Source: Planctomycetota bacterium
Lineage (GTDB): Bacteria > Planctomycetota > B15-G4
Direction of reading: 5' to 3'
Length of the DNA: 64,000 bases
NCBI GenBank assembly: GCA_965248575.1
Contig: CBDFJQ010000002.1
Location: 1,888,001-1,952,000 of the forward strand
The notes beneath the pieces are model-generated. The model was given only the letters and a program-made list of their open reading frames with translations, did no database searches and was not told the DNA's origin. Each line of letters begins with the position of its first letter. Within the stretch, counting starts at the first letter, position 1. This document shows, piece after piece, positions 10,185 to 19,331 of the stretch. The translations under genes and the position numbers were made by a program.

Positions 10185-11810
10185 ATGACTCCAGCCAAGT
10201 CGATCTACCTGATCAACCCCGCCGCCGACTTTCCGACCTACTACGGCGCGGAGGTCTACGAGGGGCGCGGCTATCAGCGAGCCGCCTTCCTGGCTGATCT
10301 GGTGGTGCCCACCTTGGCCGGCATGGTTCCCAAGGACTTCCACGTCGAGCTGTGCGACGAGCACCTCGAATCCGTGAACTGGGACACGCCCTGCGAATAC
10401 GTGGGCGTGACGGGCAAGATCAGCCAGTGGGGACGCACCAAGGCCATCGCCGACGAGTTCCGGCGCCGAGGGAAGACGGTCCTGATCGGAGGGCCGCACG
10501 CATCCCTCTCGCCAGAAGTCGTGCGCCCCCACTGCGACATCCTGGTGCGCGACGAGATCGAGCTGATCACCGGTGAGCTGTTCTCCGACCTCGCCCACCG
10601 GGAGTGGAAGGAGGAGTACGTCGGCGGGCGGCCCGACCTGAAGCACACGCCCGTCCCGCGCTGGGATCTCTACGCGAAGTACAACAACAGGGTGCTCACG
10701 GCGACGCTGCAGACGGCGCGCGGCTGCCCCTTCGAGTGCGAGTTCTGTGACGTCATCCAGTACGTCGGGCGGAAGCAGCGGCACAAGCCCATCGAGGCCA
10801 TCGTCCACGAACTGCAAGTCGTCCATGACCACGGCTATCGCAGCGTGCTCCTGGCCGACGACAACACCACGGCCAACAAGAGCTGGGTGAAGGAGATGCT
10901 TGCGGCGGTCAAGCATTGGAACCACGCCGACGGCCAGCGGAAGATCTCCTTCAGCACGCAGATCTCCATTGATGCCGCCATGGACGACGAGCTGCTCGAA
11001 CTCGCCGCCACGTCCGGCATGACGCATGTGTTCATCGGCGTGGAGACACCCAACGCGGAGAGTCTGGAGATCACCCAGAAGCGGCAGAACCTGCCGCAGC
11101 ACCTGCGCAACCCCCATCAGAAGAACCCCACGCTCGTCGACCAGGTCCACCGCTTCTACGCGCACGGCATCGGCGTCACGGCCGGGATGATCTGTGGCTT
11201 CGACGCCGACCGGACCGACATCTTCGAGCGTCAGTTCGAGTTCGCCATGCAGGCCCTGTTCCCCGTGGCGACGCTGTCCGCGCTCGCTGCGCCGTATGCC
11301 ACGCCGCTCAACGACCGCCTGGCAGAGAGCGGCCGCCTCGTGACGGGCTACGAGGTTCCGGGCCACCCCTGGAACAGCAACATCATCCCCAAGCTCATGA
11401 GCCGCGACGAACTGACGGACGGCATCCGCTGGCTCGCCAACAAGCTCTATCACCCGGCCAACTTCGGTGAGCGCATCATCGGCTACATCGAGAAGCTGCA
11501 GTTTCCGACGGAAAACTCGGGGCGGGGTCTCGCCAAACGCGAGTCCATCCGCAGTGTCGACAAGGACACGCTGGCGCTGATCGCTGACATCCCCCGTCTC
11601 GACGCCGAATCCCAGAAGATGTGGAGCCGCGTCATCGCGGCCCTGCCCAAGAACCCGGGTGCCACCGTGCCGGTCATGGAAGCCATGATCCGCTACCAGC
11701 AGCTGCGCTACATGTACGAGCAGGGCAGCTTCTGGGACCCCGTGACAAGCGAGACACAAGCATCCGGGAGTTTCCCCGCTGCAGGCGCCGGCACAGAAAC
11801 GAGCGTCTGA
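10185..11810 (+). CDS. Cobalamin-binding (class B) radical SAM protein
   Basis: N-terminal B12-binding-like domain (VLIGGPHAS). RGCPFECEFC = CxxxCxxC at 10725-10748, then ADDN, FIGVET and ICGFDAD motifs. Starts 13 nt after the PKS stop. Confidence 0.93.
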   Translation: MTPAKSIYLINPAADFPTYYGAEVYEGRGYQRAAFLADLVVPTLAGMVPKDFHVELCDEHLESVNWDTPCEYVGVTGKISQWGRTKAIADEFRRRGKTVLIGGPHASLSPEVVRPHCDILVRDEIELITGELFSDLAHREWKEEYVGGRPDLKHTPVPRWDLYAKYNNRVLTATLQTARGCPFECEFCDVIQYVGRKQRHKPIEAIVHELQVVHDHGYRSVLLADDNTTANKSWVKEMLAAVKHWNHADGQRKISFSTQISIDAAMDDELLELAATSGMTHVFIGVETPNAESLEITQKRQNLPQHLRNPHQKNPTLVDQVHRFYAHGIGVTAGMICGFDADRTDIFERQFEFAMQALFPVATLSALAAPYATPLNDRLAESGRLVTGYEVPGHPWNSNIIPKLMSRDELTDGIRWLANKLYHPANFGERIIGYIEKLQFPTENSGRGLAKRESIRSVDKDTLALIADIPRLDAESQKMWSRVIAALPKNPGATVPVMEAMIRYQQLRYMYEQGSFWDPVTSETQASGSFPAAGAGTETSV

Positions 11811-12278
11811 GTCGCCCTCCGGTATATGTCCTCAGCGGCATATCCCGTCCAGTTGGCGTCCAGTTGCCGTCGAGGGTCCTTCCAGGCAGCCCGTCACACC
11901 TGCGACATCATTACGCAGCCGAGATTCGATGTCACCTCGGGGCCCCCTCGCCCTACGTCTGCCAAATCGTCTTTGCACTTGCCCGGTGCGAGGCGTGGGC
12001 CACGCAGGAAGAGTGGAAGACCTCCTCCCCTGCTCCTAGTGCGAGGCCTGTTCCGAAGGACGATGGACGCCGTCCCTTGGAACTGCCGCGGAGCACGCCC
12101 CTGCATTCGCTCCGACGGCGCTTCGCCCGGGTCGGCCGGAGACCGACCTGGGCGAAGCTTTTTTTTTGCGAAGCTCGGCGCTGCTCAGGAACATCCGATG
12201 CCCACGATGGAGTGGATCCGATTCCTGAAACCGGGAATATGAATCCCTCACCCCCCCCCCCACGGAGAGCCTGCTCCC

Positions 12279-13499
12279 ATGCGCCCGTCAGCCCGCCTGC
12301 GCTCGTCCCGTCCGAAACGGTGGGCGCGCACTCTGCGCCGCGCCACGCTGGCCGGTGTGGCCTGCCTCACGCTTGGGGCCAACCTCGCTGCCCAAGCCGA
12401 CGGCTCCGACTTGCCCGGTTACTACCAGTGGTACCTGAAGGCCGGCCATGACCCTCGCCTCGCCAAAGAGAGCGCTCGCGACCAGGCCATGCAGGAGGGC
12501 TCGGACTGGGACCCCAAGAGCATTGGGCGCCTCGCCCCCGACTGGTCGTTCCCCGATGCGAAGGGGCAACTCGTCCCGCTGCGGGTGGGCGGAGAGGGCC
12601 GCAACACCCTCGTCGTCACCTTCCAATCCTGGTGGTGACTGTATTGCATGCGGCAGCTCGTTGAGCTGCACGACCTACTCGATGTGTTCGAAGACCTCAA
12701 CACGGACATCGTGGCGCTGGCCCAGAAGGAGACTGATCCCTCCACCATGGCTCGCGTCAGCAAGCTGGTGGGCGATGGCATCACGGTGCTGACCGACGTC
12801 GAGGGCCTCAGCACGCCGACCTTTCCGCTTTTCGTCAGCATGATCATTGATCGCGAGGGCACGCTGCGCACGGCCATCCCGGGCACCAAGGAAGCACGTG
12901 CGCGGACTGACGTGATTCTGGCCGAGGTGGCGAGCGTTGCAGGCGTCGACGCTCCTGACATCGCCTACGCCCAGGGCCGCATGGTGCGTGCGACGGGCCA
13001 GGGCACCGCTGCGGATGTCGACTTGGATGCGGTGGTCCAACTCCGCACCGCTTGGTCCCACGACGCCTTCCAGGCAGGGCAACCCACGCGGCTCATCGCC
13101 CTGCCGGAGATTGCCGAACAATGGCATGTCTATGCTGAGAACGGTGCGGAGATGACCCCCTTCTCCATGGAAATGGATCTGCCTGACGGGCTCAGCATCG
13201 CCGCGGGTTCGGCAGCCTCCGCGGGCATCCCCTACCCCACTCCCCAGCGAGGGCTGGACCCTCTGCTCGACGAAGAGCTTGCCTGGTACGAGCGGGACAT
13301 CCCGATCCCGGCCTTCACCCTACAGACCAGTGCCGAGCTCAAGGTCGGCAGCGAACTCACAGTGGGCATCGTGCTGCGCTACCAAGCCTGCAACGAGATG
13401 TTGTGCACGCCACCACAAACCAAGCGCTGGGAAGTCACGCTGCCCGTCGTGGGCGCGGAAACACGCCGCGGGCAACTCTACGGCTGGCAGGACTGGTAG
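12279..13499 (+). CDS. Probable exported selenoprotein: AhpC/TlpA-like redoxin (U-x-x-C) fused to an nDsbD-like domain
   Basis: ORFs 12279-12638 and 12648-13499 are in the same frame and read ...GRLAPDWSFPD...LVVTFQSWW-TGA-LYC-MRQLVEL. A hairpin follows the TGA. Signal peptide at the N-terminus; C-terminal WHVY...YQACNEMLCTPP. Confidence 0.85.
12653..12669 (+). promoter_or_regulatory. Candidate bacterial SECIS hairpin
   Basis: GCAGCTC-GTT-GAGCTGC: perfect 7-bp stem with a loop starting with G, 21 nt after the in-frame TGA (12636-12638). Confidence 0.7.
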
Positions 13500-13511
13500 T
13501 CCCGCAACTCC

Positions 13512-13541
13512 CTGGTAGTCGTCGTCCTAGTAGTCGTCGTC
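13512..13541. repeat. 15-bp tandem duplication spanning the stop codon of 13527-14147
   Basis: CTGGTAGTCGTCGTC / CTAGTAGTCGTCGTC (1 mismatch). Confidence 0.7.
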
Positions 13542-14147
13542 CATGGGGTCGAAGGTGAACAAGCCCACGACGAAGTCGACGATCTCGAAGGGGTCCACGC
13601 CGACGTCCACGCCGATCAAGCCCAGGTGGAAGCCAGCGCCGCATTCCGTCATGCCGTAGTCGGGGCTCATGCCCGCCTCGAGCGTGATGTCCGCCACGCT
13701 CACTTCAGCACCCGACTTCGACTCCAGACCCACGGGCAAGCGCGGGAAGGAGCGGCCGCGGGGGCCGGGAAGCCCGATGTAGAGCGAGGTGTAGAAGCCG
13801 ATGAAGACGTCCGCGTACTCCGTTGCGCGGGCACCGATGGCGAAGCCAGGGCCCAGTCGGACCCTGGCGCGCACCATGTCGAAGACGTCGAGCACCCGGT
13901 TCGGGATGTACATGACGAGCCCCCACACGAAACCCACCGGTCCCATGCCGTCCTCATCGTCCTCGTCGTCGTCATTCCAGCTGCTCAAGCTCGTGGCTGG
14001 CGAGCCTCCCAAGGCAGTGGCCGCCCACGACCCCGAAAAGACCGGAGCCTCTTTCCACAAACCCGCGGGATCCAGGTCGACCACGGTTGGCGTGGCGCAG
14101 CCGGCGAGCAAGAGGATCGGCGCGAGCAGCGCAGTGAGTCTCAACAT
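13527..14147 (-). CDS. Hypothetical lipoprotein with Gly/hydrophobic beta-strand-like segments (putative paralog of 25801-26289)
   Basis: MLRLTALLAPILLLAGC lipobox; NRVLDVFDMVRARVRLGPG...EIVDFVVGLFTFDPMDDDY. Confidence 0.75.
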   Translation of the reverse strand: MLRLTALLAPILLLAGCATPTVVDLDPAGLWKEAPVFSGSWAATALGGSPATSLSSWNDDDEDDEDGMGPVGFVWGLVMYIPNRVLDVFDMVRARVRLGPGFAIGARATEYADVFIGFYTSLYIGLPGPRGRSFPRLPVGLESKSGAEVSVADITLEAGMSPDYGMTECGAGFHLGLIGVDVGVDPFEIVDFVVGLFTFDPMDDDY

Positions 14148-14313
14148 GACGGTCTCCAAACGACTGGGTGGGATCCAAAGCTGAGGAGGCCAGGGTACTG
14201 GGCTGGCTCCAGCAGGGCCGTACCCAGGGCCGTACTGGCCTCAAAGCACACCGCCCCCGGACCCGTGGTGGGGCCGAGGGCGGCGCAGGGAACAGCTTGC
14301 AACATGCGCAGAT

Positions 14314-14796
14314 CTAGCGAACAGCCAGATCGCGCAGCAACACCTGCCCGTCGGCAGTACTCATGGCTGTAGCGAGCACGTCGCCATTTAGATCCACGAG
14401 CGACATCGTGCCGCCATCCTGGGTCAGCGTCAGGTCTTCCAGCACGCTGCCGTTTTCCGTCACGGTGAGGTGGATGGTGTTGGCCGCCACCTTCTCCATG
14501 GTCAAGGTCTTGCCGTCCTTCTCGATCACTTGCGCAGTGGGCGCCGGCACCGGGTTTTCGCCACCCCAGAACTCGATCGAGTTGAACACCAGCGAATCGG
14601 CGAAGGCGGCCAGGGCATAAGCAATGCCGCCAAAGAAGTAGATGCCTTCCTGGATCCACTCGTTGTCGCTCACGGTGCCGTTCCAGTGGTGCACCTGACG
14701 CGTGAGGTTGAACGGGCCGTAGCAACCGCTCGCGAACATGGACAGGCAAAGGACGGCAGTGATGCCACGGGTCTTGAGTGAATGGCGTTGGGACAT
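14314..14796 (-). CDS. DUF3332 family lipoprotein
   Basis: SGCYGPFNLTRQVHHWN...ADSLVFNSIEFWGGENP signature; TGCTAGTCT extended -10 at 14911-14919. Confidence 0.85.
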   Translation of the reverse strand: MSQRHSLKTRGITAVLCLSMFASGCYGPFNLTRQVHHWNGTVSDNEWIQEGIYFFGGIAYALAAFADSLVFNSIEFWGGENPVPAPTAQVIEKDGKTLTMEKVAANTIHLTVTENGSVLEDLTLTQDGGTMSLVDLNGDVLATAMSTADGQVLLRDLAVR

Positions 14797-15005
14797 GGAA
14801 TGTCTCCGGATGACCAGACATGGAGTTTGTCGCGGAGAGAGCGTCGCCGAACCCATGTCGTCTTCGGCGCCGCCCTTTGCTGCGAGCCGAGGCGCGCGGG
14901 CAATCATCGAAGACTAGCAATGGGTTTTGCCGGATTCAGTCCTCAGGTCCGGCCCAAGCGCTGTTTTTGATATGGACGTGCCGCCATAGGTCACGCGAAG
15001 CGCCG

Positions 15006-17303
15006 TCAGTTCTCTGCCTTCAGCGAACGCACGTGATCCTGCACAGCTCGATGCAGACTCGTGAGCGACTGCCCCTCGAACGCACGCTCGAACGCCACCG
15101 CCGCCGTCTGCCCATCCAGTAGGGCGTCGAGGTAGCGCTCGTAGATCTTGCGTTGGTCTCGCCCGCCCTCGAGCAGCGTGTGCACGACGGCCCAGGACTG
15201 GGCATAGAACGACGAGGCGTCGCCGTAGAAGGCGCTGGGCAAGGCCGTCAGCAGTTCGTCGAGGTCCATCCAATCGGCCCCCTTGCCCGTGAGCTGGAAG
15301 ACGAAGGACATGACAGGGGCACCCGGCGTCATCTTGCTGCGCTTGAGCTGCGCCGTCTCCATGTAGCTGGCCGTGCCCTCGTTGAACCAGGTGGGCGGAT
15401 CCACCTCCAGCAGGCTGTCGATATACTGGTGGAAGCCTTCATGCCGGATCGTGTTCACGAGTTCGTCGTGATCGGGCAGGTTCCAGATGATCAGTTGCTT
15501 GAGCACGGGACTGTAGACGCCCGCCGTAGCCGTAGCCGCCGAGGCGAACAGATCACGAGTGTAGGCGTGATAGCCCGCTCTCCCCGAGAAGAGAAAGACC
15601 TCGAACAGCTCGTGGCCGTCGGCGCTCTTGTCCGGCTGACCGAAGAGCCGCTTGTACATCGACAGCGACTGCTCCAGCGTCTTGCTCGTCTCGATGCAGA
15701 TCTTCTGGCTCATGTCCGAGCGCACGATGTAGTTGCGCGAGCTGTGCTCGAAGGAGGCGGCCCAGTCAGGACCCTCCTGGGCCCGGGTGAGCATGAAGGC
15801 GGAGGTCGACAACTCGGCCGCCGGGACATCGGCAGCGATCGCATCGCGCATCGACTGCTGAGCCTCCTCGAAGCGCCCTTGCGCCATGAGCATGCTGGTC
15901 AGCAAGACACGGCTGGACGGCTCTTCCGGATGAGCGGCGATGAAATCCTCCAGGCACGCACCCGCATCGTCGTCCCTGGCGAGCCGATTGAGGATCTGGG
16001 CCTCGGTCAAAGCGGCAGGCGCGTAGTCAGGAAACTCCGCCCTCACCTTCCGACAGCCCTCCAACGCCTCGTCGAGTTGGCCCAACCGCCACTGGCACTG
16101 GACGCTCAGGTAGTCCCGGAATCCCGTAGACGCGCTCGTCTCCTTGAGCGACGTCAGATAGCTGAGCATGGACTTGAAGCGGCCCCTGGACAGGTTCTTC
16201 TCAAGCGCCTCCAGGTGCCTCGGATGCTTGGGATGAAAGCCCCCGGGAAACTCCTCCAGCATCCCCTTGGCTTCCGCCTCCTCGCCAAGCCGCTCCACGA
16301 AACCCTCCGGCAACTCGTCGCGGGGGTCGTACTCCTGATCGAAGGCAGTCAGGTTCTCTTGAACCCACGAATCCGTCAGCCCTTCGAGCCAGGCGATGTT
16401 CGCCTCACCGTTGAGGATCAGCTCTTCCACATTCGGGCAGCCGCGAAACCCGAACTGCCCATAGGTCTTGCCCTGCTTCTTGCACTTCACGACCGACTTT
16501 CCATTGGCGGTCGCCGTGATGCTGCTCTTGCTCACGTTCACTTTCACGGAGTAGAGGCCGCCGAGTTTCAGCGGTGTGTCCTCGTCTTCATCCATGACCA
16601 CCGACTTGCCTCCACGCGTGTGCACGAGGTTTGGCGTGGAGTACCAGCCCGTTCCGCCGTGCTTGGGGTAGCCGTAGCGAATGCTGTAGGTGCCCTCATC
16701 CCCGCAGCGCACCACCATCTGTGGGGTCGCGAAGATCGCCGCCGACTTCGCCTCCTCGGGCGGCATGCGCCCCTTCACCTCCACCGTGTACGGGCCGGAG
16801 AAGTGGATCGGGTGCATGGGCACACCATCCCAGTAGGAGAAGTCCCCCGAACCCACGGCCGAGCTGATGCCGAGCAGCGAGAAGATGTCGCGCATGTACT
16901 CCTCGGAGTCGTCGTCCTCGTCACGTTCGGCCTTCCAGCGTTTGTAGGCCTCCTCGTCGCGCCGATAGCGGATCTTGATCTTTCCGCTGCGCTTGTCGTA
17001 GCTGAGGATCTCACCGGCCATGAGATCCTCCACGGGGGGGACCACGTTGTCCGACCAGAACGCGCACTGCTTCAGCCCCTCCAGGATCCGGTGTGCGGAC
17101 AACAGCGAGTAGTCCTGCTCCCCGTGCGTCTCGACCAATCCCAGGAGCTTGGCCTTGGCGCCCGACCAGTCCTCGGCGTGCAGCAGCCCCGAGGCGTCCT
17201 TCAGTCCCGCATGGAGTGCAGCCTCCGTCGGCTCGTCATCGGCCGCGACGGGGGTCGCCGCCCCAAGGCTTCCCACCAGCAGGACCATCGCAAGCATGCG
17301 CAT
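15006..17303 (-). CDS. Exported TPR + DUF1570-type zincin-like protein
   Basis: GGAG RBS, signal peptide, central TPR-like helices, HEGFHQY...PTWFNEGTASYME and FYAQSWAVVH motifs. Confidence 0.85.
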   Translation of the reverse strand: MRMLAMVLLVGSLGAATPVAADDEPTEAALHAGLKDASGLLHAEDWSGAKAKLLGLVETHGEQDYSLLSAHRILEGLKQCAFWSDNVVPPVEDLMAGEILSYDKRSGKIKIRYRRDEEAYKRWKAERDEDDDSEEYMRDIFSLLGISSAVGSGDFSYWDGVPMHPIHFSGPYTVEVKGRMPPEEAKSAAIFATPQMVVRCGDEGTYSIRYGYPKHGGTGWYSTPNLVHTRGGKSVVMDEDEDTPLKLGGLYSVKVNVSKSSITATANGKSVVKCKKQGKTYGQFGFRGCPNVEELILNGEANIAWLEGLTDSWVQENLTAFDQEYDPRDELPEGFVERLGEEAEAKGMLEEFPGGFHPKHPRHLEALEKNLSRGRFKSMLSYLTSLKETSASTGFRDYLSVQCQWRLGQLDEALEGCRKVRAEFPDYAPAALTEAQILNRLARDDDAGACLEDFIAAHPEEPSSRVLLTSMLMAQGRFEEAQQSMRDAIAADVPAAELSTSAFMLTRAQEGPDWAASFEHSSRNYIVRSDMSQKICIETSKTLEQSLSMYKRLFGQPDKSADGHELFEVFLFSGRAGYHAYTRDLFASAATATAGVYSPVLKQLIIWNLPDHDELVNTIRHEGFHQYIDSLLEVDPPTWFNEGTASYMETAQLKRSKMTPGAPVMSFVFQLTGKGADWMDLDELLTALPSAFYGDASSFYAQSWAVVHTLLEGGRDQRKIYERYLDALLDGQTAAVAFERAFEGQSLTSLHRAVQDHVRSLKAEN

Positions 17304-17473
17304 GTTCGCTTCTCCTCGGATTCCCTTGCCTGACAGGCCCGACACCTCCCAGCGCCGGTCCCGACCCTAGCCCAGAGCCCGCTTCCTGCCAACACGCGGA
17401 ACCCAACGAGCCCACGCACCTGCCACAGTCCGCGAGGCACCGGATGCAGGGGGCCGCGTGGTAGGCTGCGCCC

Positions 17474-18202
17474 ATGAGCCCGACCCCGCAGCAACCCTTG
17501 CCAACAACCCAGCTCGCCGCACTTCTCCGCCTGTACGACGACGAGTCGCAGAGCGTGCGACACACCGTCTTGCAAGCCCTCGCGAGCTTCGGCGAATCGC
17601 TTGAGGCCGAGCTCAAGAGCCTCCCCGCTCCGCCAAGTGCCGAGACTCTCGCAGCTGTTCTCAAGGCTGTCGCTGGCCACGGCCAGCTCAGCGCGGCTGC
17701 GCAGGCTGCACCCTCCGACATGGCACAAGAGACCGCAGGACTTCCCGAAGTCCAGGCGGACCAAGGCCTCATGCTCCAGGAGTCCCCGCACCCGGCCGCT
17801 GAACAAGCAGACGCTGAGCAGGTGGGCAGCGACGTAGCCAGCCATGACCGCAAGCCCCAACGCCGGGGCCCGCGCGTTCGCAAGCGCGTGCTGTTCGAGC
17901 CCGGCCAACTGGTGCGCCACCGTCGCTATGGCTATCGCGGCGTGATCGTCGCCCACGACCCCACCTGCAGAGCAAGCCAGGAGTGGTACGAAAACAACCG
18001 GTCGAAGCCGGAGCGCGAGCAGCCCTGGTACCACGTGCTGGTCGATGGTGCTTCGCACGTCACCTACGCCGCCCAGACCAGCTTGCTCCCCGATGAGGCC
18101 ATGCGCGCCATCGCGCATCCACTCGTGCCGTTCTTCTTCAAGAGCTTCACGGACGGCCGCTACAACCGCAACGAACGTGTGTGGCCCTCGCTCGAAGCCT
18201 GA
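17474..18202 (+). CDS. hspQ: HspQ/YccV-like domain protein with N-terminal extension
   Basis: FEPGQLVRHRRYGYRGVIV...QPWYHVLVD...TYAAQ...IAHPLVPFFF. TG-G-TAGGCT lies 6 nt before the ATG (leaderless-type). Confidence 0.85.
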   Translation: MSPTPQQPLPTTQLAALLRLYDDESQSVRHTVLQALASFGESLEAELKSLPAPPSAETLAAVLKAVAGHGQLSAAAQAAPSDMAQETAGLPEVQADQGLMLQESPHPAAEQADAEQVGSDVASHDRKPQRRGPRVRKRVLFEPGQLVRHRRYGYRGVIVAHDPTCRASQEWYENNRSKPEREQPWYHVLVDGASHVTYAAQTSLLPDEAMRAIAHPLVPFFFKSFTDGRYNRNERVWPSLEA

Positions 18203-18270
18203 GCCAAGCGGACACACCGAAGCGATGATCCGCCCGAAGTGCCCTGCAGACAGAAGAGAGAATCCTGTCC

Positions 18271-18987
18271 ATGTTGACGACATCGTTGACGACATCCACC
18301 GCTCCTGAACTTCGGCGCACCATGACGCTGGCTTGCCTCGCGCTGGCCCTGCTCGTCACCGGCTGCGCTAGCGAAAGCCATCGCACCGTCTCCCCGATTC
18401 CCGTGGCGACCTACAAGACGGGCTACTCAGGGCCGAAGTACTCCCTCTCCATCGGCAAGTTCCACAACTCCTCGCCCTACATGCGCGGCATCTTCTCCGA
18501 GGGGCCCGACCGCCTGGGGAGCCAGGCCAAGACGATCCTCAAGACGCACCTGAGCCAGACCAACCGCTTCCGCCTCCTCGACCGGGACAATCTGGCCGAG
18601 ATGGACCAGGAGAACCAGCTGGCTGGACGCGAAAGCGGGCTCAAGGGAGCCGACGTCCTGGTGACCGGAGAAGTCACCGAGTTCGGACGGCGAACCACGG
18701 GCGACCGCTGGTTCTTCGGCATCTTCGGACGAGGCAAGAGCCAGGTGGCTTACTCCAAGGTCTCCTTGAACATCGTCGATGCGCGGACATCCGAGGTCGT
18801 GTACAGCGTCCAGGGAGCCGGTGAGTTCGAGCTGAGCAGCCGCGAGGTGCTCGGAACCGGCGGCACCCAGGGCTACGACTCGACCCTGAACGGCAAGGTG
18901 CTGGATTTCTCCATCGTCGATGCAGTGAACCGACTGGTCGAAGGCTTGGAGGCCGGTGAGTGGAGCCCCGTCCCACCGGGCGCCTGA
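18271..18987 (+). CDS. CsgG/HfaB family lipoprotein
   Basis: LVTGC lipobox; GKFHN, LSQTNRFRLLDR, GEVTEFGR, IVDARTSEVVYSVQGAG. Alternative start 18322. Confidence 0.9.
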   Translation: MLTTSLTTSTAPELRRTMTLACLALALLVTGCASESHRTVSPIPVATYKTGYSGPKYSLSIGKFHNSSPYMRGIFSEGPDRLGSQAKTILKTHLSQTNRFRLLDRDNLAEMDQENQLAGRESGLKGADVLVTGEVTEFGRRTTGDRWFFGIFGRGKSQVAYSKVSLNIVDARTSEVVYSVQGAGEFELSSREVLGTGGTQGYDSTLNGKVLDFSIVDAVNRLVEGLEAGEWSPVPPGA

Positions 18988-18992
18988 CCAGG

Positions 18993-19331
18993 ATGCGCCT
19001 CGCCTGCACCCTGCTACTCGTGGCCGCGAGCCTTGGAAGCACGTCATGCTCGACCACGCTCTACGATTGGGGCGACTACGAGCGCTCCGTGCTCGCCCTG
19101 GAAACGGAGTTCCTGGACTCCGACCTCCTGGATGAGATCACGCGCCTGGAACGACAGGTGGAAGACTCCGTCGGTCAAGACCGGCCCGCGCCGCCCGGCT
19201 TGCACGCCCATGTGGGCTACCTGCAGTACCTGGCAGGCAACAGCGACGCCGCCCTCAGGCATTTCGAAGCCGAGAAGAGTCTCTACCCGCAATCCGCCGT
19301 GTTCATGGACGGGCTCATCGGTCGCCTATGA
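18993..19331 (+). CDS. DUF4810 family lipoprotein
   Basis: LYDWGDYE...PPGLHAHVGYLQY...FEAEKSLYPQSAVFMD; lies between CsgG and DUF799 genes as in the known operon. Confidence 0.9.
   Translation: MRLACTLLLVAASLGSTSCSTTLYDWGDYERSVLALETEFLDSDLLDEITRLERQVEDSVGQDRPAPPGLHAHVGYLQYLAGNSDAALRHFEAEKSLYPQSAVFMDGLIGRL

Noticed and set aside
3182..11810. Assigning the PKS-rSAM pair to ladderane, enediyne or polycyclopropane biosynthesis
   Set aside because: The domain order is not that of enediyne PKSE, there is no FAS-II-type cluster, and nothing in the sequence specifies the product.
11811..12278. Possible cobalamin riboswitch or small ORFs (11826-12242, 11621-12451) after the B12 radical SAM gene
   Set aside because: Only a vague GAAGACCT resemblance to a B12 box, no recognisable core, and it lies downstream of the B12 gene. 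The ORFs have no coding-like features.
12279..12638. Reading 12279-12638 and 12648-13499 as two separate genes or as a nonsense pseudogene
   Set aside because: The stop is TGA exactly at the first redox position of a UxxC motif, with a downstream hairpin, and both halves look intact. Sec recoding explains this better, though it is unproven.
14186..14242. Imperfect inverted repeat with an internal CAGGGCCGTAC duplication between co-oriented genes
   Set aside because: Weak GC-rich hairpin with no U-tract and no second copy in the window; function cannot be supported.
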